Source of the DNA: Eledone cirrhosa
Taxonomy: Eukaryota
NCBI GenBank assembly: GCA_964016885.1
Contig: OZ024741.1
Location: 183,148,001-183,212,000, forward strand
Direction of reading: 5' to 3'
DNA length: 64,000 bases
The position numbers and the translations under genes are program-made. The notes under the pieces were generated by a model. It had not been told where the DNA came from. It was given only the letters and a program-made list of their open reading frames with translations, and made no database searches. Each line of letters begins with the position of its first letter. Position 1 is the first letter of the stretch. Shown here piece after piece: positions 54,578 to 64,000 of the stretch.

Positions 54578-54723
54578 TATGCACACAGACAGACACACAC
54601 ACACAAATATGTGTGTTTATTTCTTTACCAGCAAATGTCGTGTTTTCATTCAATTTTATTAACCTTAGCAGCTTATTTTTTGATCTCTTTAAGAAGTAAC
54701 TAAACTCTATGCCACCTCACCTT

Positions 54724-55265
54724 TCTGATGTCTTATGCAATGCTAGTAGTAGTAACGAAATCTCCTTCAATCCATAGATATATTCAATGTGTCAGAATAT
54801 GAGAGAAATACCAAAGAAATATACTGTTAATCACATAATCTAGTCTTATTCAAATCTATTTAAGATTATATATCCATTTCCAAAATTGTAATCTACACAC
54901 TTTAATAAGTGTCTCTATAAAATTTCAATAAAAAAAAATGAATTATTAAGAAAGTTATGAATAAAATAAGTGCTGTCACTATTTTAGAAAACTCAGGTAA
55001 ATATTACGGTCAAAAGGAGGTAAATATGAAACTTTCGTCCCTGCTTGGGGACATCCACGTGGTCAATATCAATGCTAAAAATGGCAGCCAAACATTAACA
55101 TTTATGTAAAAGAAAATGGTAGACACAACCACGGAAGCCAAAATCTTAAAGTCAAATATTACATCTTATTATATTTCAGAATGTTAAAAATAGAACCCAA
55201 ATCTCCCTTTTTTTTTATTTCAATGATGAACCAAGAAAACATATTTCAATCTATTTTCAAGTAAA
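54724..55265 (+). repeat. Diverged dispersed duplicate of 39998-40475
   Basis: Colinear similarity from TCTGATGTCTTA.GCAATGCTAGTAGTAG to GATGAACCAAGAAAA. Confidence 0.8.
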
Positions 55266-55267
55266 CG

Positions 55268-55323
<56 letters not shown>

Positions 55324-55327
<4 letters not shown>

Positions 55328-56135
55328 TGCTTTGGGAGGGTCATGTTGGCAATAAGAAACACATGCACCAGTTGCTTTCACTCCAATTTATTATAAATTT
55401 TATAAATTTCCGGTTGGTTGGTTCTACAACCGGATGGTTGTTTATATATTGTCAAAGTTCTTTCGTCACACATTCTGTGACCTCTTCAGTGACTGGGGAT
55501 TATTTTCTTTGTTTTGTGCCTCTCCTTTGTTCTGTCCTACGCCATCTTATTTTTGTGTATGTTGTGCGCTTGGTTTGCGCATGTGTTACATCCGGGTGTC
55601 TGTGTGTGTTTTTATTTGTTTATTTACATGTTACTAGTTGTTTGTTCTATGTGTGTGCGTTTTCATTTTGTCCTTAATTATAAGTTATGATGTTGCTATT
55701 TAATTTTGGTTGGGGTTCATTTATGTTTATTGCCTCCTTGATTTGTCTAAGCATTGCATCTTTTCTGTGTGTAGATTCTATTTTAAAAATACACACAACT
55801 GCTGGTTTTTTCTTGAATTTGTTATAAACTTCTAGTTGGTTAATTTAATAACCAGTGGTATTTTGTGTCTCTCCTTCCTTTGTTCTGTTTTACACCATCT
55901 TTTTATGACAATAAACAACTAAACAACCGTTTAGTTGTTTATTGTCATAAAAAGATGGTGTAAAACAGAACAAAGGAAGGAGAGACACAAAATACCAAAT
56001 TAGAGACTGTTTGACGAAAGAGCTTTGAAAATAAACAAACTAACCAACTAGAAGTTTATATTAAATTGAAGGGAAAACCAACAGGTGCATGTGCTCTTAT
56101 TGGAAGTATGACCTTCCCAAAATATAACAATATAT
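55324..56135. mobile_element. Hammerhead-bearing repeat with inverted ends and an internal hairpin
   Basis: Matches 25613-25880; 56010-56132 is a diverged inverse of 55324-55468; palindrome at 55856-55997 with loop AACC. Confidence 0.75.
55451..55493 (-). ncRNA. Minimal type I hammerhead ribozyme (family C)
   Basis: Identical to 25767-25809. Confidence 0.8.
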
Positions 56136-56197
56136 ATTTATATAATATACATAATTGAATTTGTCATTGATATACATAACATCTCAATGAAAAGGGG

Positions 56198-56865
56198 CAC
56201 ACATTTGATCCTTCTTATTCCCAATTTCTCTCTGAGTTCATTTACACTTTGCTGTTCATGTATTACACATCCATCAGAGCATGCAGGCTTCATTTCTTTC
56301 CAATCTTTGCAGGTCTTTTGCACTTAGCACCATGCAACATTGCTGTTTGTATACATGCATCATACAATCTGCCCTTCATTTTGAAGGAAAAATGTTTTGT
56401 AGCTAGCAGTGTTAGTAGCTCTCTGAACTTTCTCCATCCCGTTCTTATTCTGGCTACTGTACTTTTGGAACACCCTCCTCCACTGCTAATTTGGTCACCC
56501 AGGTAACAGAAACTGTCAACTATTTTTACAGAGCCATCTGGGCATTTGACGGAACTAGTATCCTGTGGGCACTTGCTACTTACTGCACATGTGCATCAGC
56601 TGCATATAAAATCTATGTTCTTTGATAGCCTGCCTGTGATCCTACTACTTCTTTTATGTACCCATAGCTTCTATTTGGGACATAGGATGGAATTTCTACC
56701 TCCTCCTTTCCTGCACATTGAGCAAGGCCATTTCCGTGAGGGAATCTGGGCCTGGTTTTCCTTTCTACATACTAGGAATTTAGTCATTGACAAGTTAATA
56801 TTAAGACCTTCTGATTCTAGGCTATACTTCTAAGTTTGGAATTTCTTCTCTAATGCTGCCATAGA
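56198..56865 (-). mobile_element. Decayed PHD-bearing RTE fragment
   Basis: Colinear with 59590-60235 (GKWPCSMCRKGGGRNSILCP). Confidence 0.85.
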
Positions 56866-59033
56866 TTCATATATATATATACTACCAAAATTAAATTAAA
56901 GATGTTATGTCTGAGAATATCAGAAACATGCACCATATCACCAGTAGAATAAGTTCAAAGATTCCAAGTAATAAATCCGAGCATTTATTAACATTAAATC
57001 AAAAGTAAGATGATATATATATATATATATAAAATAAACACATCAAACAATTACAAGGGGTAATTTGTAAAGCATGTAAACACATATAGTTACGGAGGTA
57101 ACATTAAAAATTAACGAGAACCCTGAATACCTTGCAATAATGATGAATCTCCTCTGTATATATTCCATTAAAGAAATATATTTCACCATTAGTAGGTGAA
57201 TCAGGGATGTCAAATCTTGGATCATCGGCAAAGGAAAAGATTTAACTATCTGTGATTACACAGTAAAAGCAAATCAGGAAATAACAACAAAAAGCACATG
57301 TGGTTTTAAAAAATACACATCGCCCTGCCGTCAAGCCAGTGGTGTGAATAGGATTATCGACAGCTAGAAATAGCAGCTGAGTCCCTTCAACAGAAAAAGC
57401 TCTACTAACAGAATATTTAGGAGCCGTAAATACTACCAAAAATTGTTTGATGTGTTTATTTTATATATATATGTCAATTGACTTTTAATTTAATGTTATA
57501 TATATATATATGATACATGTGATTATAGTGGAGTACTTCACTATTATCTTTGGTATGGTGAGAGAAGCTCTATGCACAGTACAATCCTCAGTTCATCAGG
57601 AGCTTAAAATGGATGAATAAGTCATTGACTGTCAAAGTTGTTGCTGTTGACAGTTCAGGTTGCAGAGCATCAATATTCAATATGACAAAAGAATAAGGTT
57701 AACAACTTACATTCATTCTTTTATTTCTACATCCATTTCAATGTTGTTACAATGTTACATGCATAGGCAGAACAACTGGAAATGATTATTTATTACTTAC
57801 TGCTAACAAAGCTGTCAGCAATAAGTATGCTAATTGCAGAAATGCGGGACCCACAACTAGGAATAAAACCAACTTTTCTTTTTCCCTGTTAAAATTGTTT
57901 TTCTTGTCTTCTTTCTGATGAAGTGCAATCACAGACATGTAATGCATACAAATGAATATTGTATAATGTAGTCAATGGATGTAGACTGTTGTGTAATTGT
58001 ACAGAAACATATGTTAAACATTGAACACAATAAATTTCTCCTTTCCACATCTTCCTGCCTAATTTTTCCTGATATCACATTTATAACTTTAACTTAACTA
58101 TGAATGGTTAAGAAATTGATATCACAATTACAAGGTTCCAAGTTTGGTCCCACAGTAAGGTATCTTGGGAAAATATTATTTACCATAACCTTGAAACCTT
58201 GAAATTAAGGAGACAAAAACTATTTGAAAGGCTGTCAGATGGACTATACTTTTAATTCATGGAGCCAACCTTGTAACACATTACTGTAACATACTGAATC
58301 TCCCTGAAAATTGCATCATAGGTACATGTATCTGTGAAATATTCAGTCACTTATACTATAATACATGCTGAATATACCTGTTTTTAGTTGGAAGTGTCAA
58401 AATTGTTGTTTCAAATTTTTAAGAAATGGTAATGAGTTGATCATCAGATCAGACCAAGGAAACTTTGTTTTCATTAATCTTTCCATTACTAATAATATTA
58501 ACTTGCTGCAACTTCTGGCAGAAATATCATTACTTTTTAGATGACAGGAGGCTGGATTTGAACTCAGAACATACGGAACTAATAAATAAATAAACAAAGT
58601 CTCCTATCTGATTCTTTAACAATTCCACCAATCCATCACCTCTGAATTGGTACTTCAATTATCAAAGTTGAAAAGATGAAATGCAAAATTGATGTCTGCA
58701 GGATTTCGATTCCAAAGTGCCAGAACAAATAGCAAGACATTTAATCCTATGCTGTAATGACTTGCTGCCAATTTACTGCCAAATAACCAGAAATAAAAGT
58801 AGGTTTTAAAAATAGATACAACACAGAAAACAACCCTTATTAGTCTTATTAGTTTGTATGTCAATACGAGATCAATATTCGATCAATTCTATGTATGCAT
58901 GGTCCCGTAACTCCTGATAGTTGTTTGGGCGCTGTATTTTGACATACAGTGTTTCTTGGGCATTTTAAGCCTGGCGGAGTCCATCCCTCTCCAGGATTGG
59001 ATCAATTATTAGCAAAGTAATATTTATTGGATT

Positions 59034-60240
59034 CATCATCATCATCATCATCACCGTTTTACGTCCGTTCTTCCATGCTAGCATGGGTTAGACGGGTTGT
59101 CTTGTTGTGGGCAGTGTCTGGTCGGCTGACCATGCCTTGCTCATACAGGAACTGATTTGGCTTGATTTCTACAGCTGGATGCCCTTCCTAACACCAACCT
59201 CATTTACAGTGAGTGCTGGGTGCTTTTCCGTGGCACCTACACGTCCACTTTACAGTGTGTGCTGGGTGCTTTTTTTGCCGTGGCACCTCCACGACCACCT
59301 TGCAGTGGGAGGGTGTGGGGGCATATTGTCTATATGCTTCAGCTTGTACCCATGGGAGGTCGGGTACTCTGTATTACTGCATGACGCCAGAGGTCACGGT
59401 CATGTGTCATCGCCTTTGAGAGGTGTAATTGGGTAAGGTCGGCTTTTATCACCTCATCCCAGGTCATCTTGGGTCTCCCCACTCCGCGGTTTCCATCGAC
59501 TTCTAGTGCTCTGCACCTTTTTATGCAGCTGTCATCCTTCATACGCATCACATGTCCATACCAACGCAGCCGCCTCTCCTGCACACAGCATTTGATTCCT
59601 CTTATGCTCAGTCTCTTTCTCAATTCATTTATGCTTTGTCGTTTGCGTATATTACTATTACACATCCATCGGAGCATGCAGGCTTCGTTTCTCTCTAATC
59701 TACGTAAGTCTTCCACCTTCAGCGCCCAGGTCTCACTACCATGTAACATTGCTGTTCGGATACACGCATCATACAGTCTGCCTTTCATTTTGAGGGAGAA
59801 GCCTTTTGCAGCTAGCAGTGGCAGTAGTTCCCTGAACTTCTTCCACCCCGTTCTTACCCTAGTTATTGTACTTTTTGAACACCCACCTCCGTTGCTAATT
59901 CGGTCACCTAGGTAGCAGAAGTTGTCTACTGTCTCTACAGAGCCCTCCCAGAGATTGGTGGTACTTGTTTCCTGTGGCTGTTTGTTGCTTGCTGTCCCAG
60001 TACAGCTGCTGCATGTGAAGCCTACATTCTTAATTAAGCTTCCTGAGATCCCGCTACATCTCTTGTGTACCCATTGTTTGCATTTGGGGCAGAGAATGGA
60101 GTTCCTACCAACACCTTTCCTACATACTGAGCAAGGCCATTTCCCTGAGGGGATTTGGGTTCTGTTTTCTCGTCTACTTACAAGGACCTTAGTCTTTGTC
60201 ATGTTGACTTTGAGACCCTTTCTTTCTAGTCCCTGCTTGT
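59034..60240 (-). mobile_element. 5'-truncated PHD-bearing RTE LINE with SINE-like 3' module
   Basis: 287-aa open frame (CSVCRKGVGRNSILCPKCKQWVHKRC...CSSC, FCYLGD, MLHGSETW, RLRWYGHV); 3' region with AGGAAGGGCATCCAGC and (ATG)n. Confidence 0.93.
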
Positions 60241-60375
60241 CTAGTCCCTCTAGTCCCTGGATTGTTGTTTCAATTCATCTTTTTCATGATATATATAAAG
60301 AAATTCTTTAGTCAGGGAAGAAAGAGTAGAGCCTATGATAGTTGTCAGGGTGAAATGGAGGGAAGGAGCTATCCT

Positions 60376-60795
60376 TAACCCTTTCATTGTCATATTTCTA
60401 ATGTAACACATTGTGTTTGAATTAAATTAATAATGAATTTAGAGGGATTTACTAATTGTTTCATTATTAAGATAGTATTTGTAACACCTTCTTCCTTTTC
60501 ATCTCATACTCATATCTGAGGGTCGGGGTTCATGGACTTATGGATCAGCACTCTCCATCTCTTCCTGTCTCTTGCCATTGCCATACATTCTGGCAAACTC
60601 CTTCCTGTCTATTCCTTAATATTATCTACTCATCTCCTTTTCTGCCATCCCCTGGCCCATTTCCCCTGTATTCGTCCCTCAAGGATGTGACTAGTCAAAT
60701 TTTGGCTTCATTTAAATAGGAACACTTTAAAACAGATGGTTTTGTTCCATAGAACCAGAACTGGTTTTAGGTGAGTTGGTATCAAAAGGGTTCAA
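60376..60795. mobile_element. piggyBac-like MITE containing an RTE-type 3' fragment (about 60488-60705, minus strand)
   Basis: TTAACCCTTT...AAAAGGGTTCAA termini; the insert reads ILEGRIQGKWARG. Confidence 0.5.
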
Positions 60796-60874
60796 CCGAA
60801 GACTTGACCTGAATACCGTATTCTTCTGTGTATTATGCTCCTTCATGTATAATGTCACCCCTTTTTGACCAGAA

Positions 60875-61065
60875 AATTAGCATGTAGTGTAGCCAACCTT
60901 CAGAAATGGGGATATGCTACTGATGATGATTCCAATTGCCAATGCAGGCAATTACAAACTATAGAGCACCTTCTAGTTTGCCCCAATCTTGAAGATTCAT
61001 GCACACTTAACAACCTTGAAATTTTAACACTCCAGGCACGGCTCTGTGTGCAAAACTGGATGGGT
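60875..61065 (+). mobile_element. C-terminal zinc-knuckle fragment of an Ingi/Vingi-like LINE
   Basis: NLQKWGY...CQCRQLQTIEHLLVCP. Confidence 0.55.
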
Positions 61066-61371
61066 GTCTTTGTGTATCGACTTGATAGGAAGTAGACCAG
61101 AAAAATGTCTGGGAAAAAAAACACAGGATAAACACACACACACACACAAGGCTTTGTACAAACTACCACCTTATCATCATCATCATCTCTCTCTCTCTCA
61201 ACACATTCCTGATATCAAAATCCCCACCAAACCTGTGGGTTTCCAAGATATCATGAGCTTCTGCTGTTGTTGAAGTTTGTCTTTTCTGGTCTTGTCATTA
61301 ACTCTGGTGCTCTGTTATTGCTGTTGGTGATATTGTTGCTGTTGTCGTTGTTATTCTCTCTCTCTCTCTCT

Positions 61372-61428
61372 CTCCTGTCATTGCTTATTCAATGCTATGG
61401 GGGAAATAATATTGTTTATCCAACCAGT

Positions 61429-61471
<43 letters not shown>

Positions 61472-61700
61472 TCTCTCTCTCCTGTCATTGCTTATTCAAT
61501 GTTATGGGGGAAATAATATTGTTTATCCAACCAGTTATTCTCTCTCTCTCTCTCTCTCTCCTGTCATTGCTTATTCAATGCTATGGGGGAAATAATATTG
61601 TTTATCCAACCAGTTACCCCCCCCCCCCCGCCCCACATCTCTCTCCTGTCATTGCTTATTGAATGCTATGGGGGAAATAATATTGTTTATCCAACCAGTT
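61372..61700 (+). repeat. Minisatellite: four units of about 58 bp separated by (CT)n or C-rich spacers
   Basis: CTCCTGTCATTGCTTATTCAATGCTATGGGGGAAATAATATTGTTTATCCAACCAGTT x4. Confidence 0.95.
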
Positions 61701-61784
61701 TTGCTGATTGTTCTGTTGAAAGACTAAATAATACAGTTCTGGTATATCGATCTCTGTTTGTCAAATCGCTATGTTATGGGACAT

Positions 61785-62680
61785 AAAAAGAGACAAGCAC
61801 ACACACATGCTAAGGAACATTGCACGCTTGTATGGCATTCCAAAGAGTTTAATAAGCAAAGGCCTGTACGCCAACTGGAGCTGTTGCGTGAGAACTGAAT
61901 CCAGTACAACAGAGTTCTTTGACATCATCTCCTGGGTCGAACAAGGCTGCATTCTCTCTCCCCTATTGTTCCTGCTGGCAGCTGATTTCATATTGAAATA
62001 GACTGCAGATGGAACTGGTCGGGAGATTTTATGGACAGGTAAAACAACCTCCATGCATCTGAACGCCAAGAGTATCGGGTTTCGAGTCAACACCTAAAAG
62101 ACAAAGGTTATTAAGGTGGGAAATGACCTCAGTCAGGTGGCTTCAGTTAAGGTGAACCAACAGGAACTGGACGAATTTGACTACTTCATGTACCTGGGCA
62201 GTATCCTGAGCAATAGTGGTGATATCGAGATGGACCTCAGCTGCGGGACTGGAAAGGCAACCATGATGTTCCAACAGAAGCACTCGATTTGGTCAAATGC
62301 AGCCATCAGCACATACATTAAGCTGTGCCTGTACACCAGCATTGTACTTCCCATGGCTATATACGCCTGGAAATGTAGAAACACACTAGCAAAACAGATA
62401 GGCATCTAAACACTTTCCATCAAAGGTGTCTGCGTAAGATTCCAAAGGTCATCTGGCAATATCAGGTTAGGAATGAAGAGATCCCGTGGAGAACAGGGCC
62501 GTATACATTGCAGGAGATTGTCACAGAGTGCCGGTTCCATTTTGTGGGTCCATTCTACACTCCCCTCCTGAATATCACCCATCCAAAATGGTGATGATGA
62601 GGAGTCTACCTGAAGTGGAAAAGAGGCCAACCGAAGATGACCTGGTGGTGGACATTCCAAAGTGATGTACAAACTGTACA
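61785..62680 (+). mobile_element. Decayed RTE LINE, different subfamily without PHD
   Basis: IARLYGIPKSLI, VEQGCILSPLLFLLAADFIL, FDYFMYLGSILS, KLCLYTSIVLPMAIYA. Confidence 0.85.
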
Positions 62681-63545
62681 TTATGCCTTAAATAACACTT
62701 TAGTCCAGCAACTAATTTACACATCAAGCCACATTTAGTGCAGATGACAGGAATTTGAGTGGAGCTAGAAGGAATGTTTAATCAGATCATAGTGTTAGAT
62801 CTTAGATCACGAAAATGGACTGGACAAGATTTTCAAAGTTCTTTATACCTTCATGACTAATAGTTCTCCATTTCTTCGGTCAGCAGCTAGGGTTGCCATG
62901 TTTTGAGATTAGGCTGGTTAAATTACCAGGTTCTGCTCATATATTTCAGTTTGGCATGGTTTCTATGACTGGATGCTTTTGCTAGTATCAATCACTTTCC
63001 AGAGTTTACTGGATGCATTTCATCAAAGCACAGACTGGATCACTTTCCAGAGTAGGCTGGGTGCATTTTATCTTGGCACAAGTGCCACTACATGCAGAGT
63101 GCATTCCACCATGGCATTAGCACTTGGGCAATTATTGAGACCTTAGCCAAGCTGTGATATAAAAGATGGGAGAGATGAAAGCATGGTGGAGTGGCACTGT
63201 ACATGTTGGGAGTGAAGGACAGGAAAAGAGAGAGTGGAAGGTGATAATGGGGATCACAGCGTTGACCGTCATGCGAGAAAGTGACTTGCAATCTAGAGTT
63301 GGGTGAAGTGTATACATACATATATATGTGAAAAAAGAAAAGACATTTTATATATGAAGTCTACGACTGTTTCTTTGTCTCCAATGCATTGAAAGACAAG
63401 CGGATGTATCAGGTTCAAACTTGGCATATGAGTTGCTTAGACTCAGGAATAAGTTTATCTCACTGAAATTAATGCACGCAAAATTTCACAGCTGTAGCAT
63501 CGCTTCTCCATAGTCAGCCATGTGTGTGTATCATATGTGTGTGTA

Positions 63546-63897
63546 TCATCATTTCATCATCATTTCATTTTACGTCCGCTTTTCCCTGCTTGCAAGGGTG
63601 GGACGGGAACTGATTCTGGCTTGATTTCTACAGCTGGATGCCCTTCCTAACACCAACCTCATTTACAGTGAGTGCTGGGTGCTTTTTTTTTCCGTGGCGC
63701 CTACACGTCCACTTTACAGTAGAATGAGATGATAGGGACTGGGGTCCCTATCATCTCATTTCTACAGCTGAGTAAACTGGAGCAATGTGAAATAAAGTGT
63801 CTTGCTTAAGGAAACAACACATCACCCGGTCTGAGAATTGAACTCACAACCTTTCGATTGCAAGGCCAATGCTCTAACCACTAAGCCATGTGCCTCC
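63546..63897 (-). mobile_element. tRNA-derived SINE with RTE-derived tail
   Basis: Close match to 28775-29115. Confidence 0.92.
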
Positions 63898-63918
63898 ATG
63901 TGTATATATATATATATA

Positions 63919-64000
63919 TCATCATCATCATCATCATTATCATTTTACGTCTGCTTTTCCCTGCATGCAAGGGCGGGACGGGTCCTATTCAGCACAGCAT
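63919..64000 (-). mobile_element. 3' end of an RTE copy running off the window
   Basis: Reverse complement of 4765-4830. Confidence 0.85.

Noticed and set aside
61372-61700. CRISPR-like repeat-spacer layout
   Set aside because: Eukaryotic context, simple-repeat spacers, no cas genes.

Overview
AT-rich, microsatellite-dense eukaryotic DNA with no host gene, rRNA, true tRNA gene or CRISPR array that I can support. The repeat inventory suggests a mollusc, probably an octopus (inference). It is a nested graveyard of retroelements: RTE LINEs (one near full length, with a PHD-type finger inside the RT region), L1/Tx1 LINEs, a CR1, an R4/Dong-type fragment, four Penelope-like (PLE) GIY-YIG fragments, two tRNA-derived SINE families, a non-autonomous LTR element, MITEs and Helitron-like ends. 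The main signal the ORF track misses is RNA structure. Reading by eye I found about 15 intact or decayed type I hammerhead ribozyme motifs in about 9 sequence families, several of them as opposite-strand pairs inside fold-back palindromes. There is also a candidate HDV-like ribozyme and a recurring pattern of template-switch inversions. All folding was done by eye and element boundaries are approximate.
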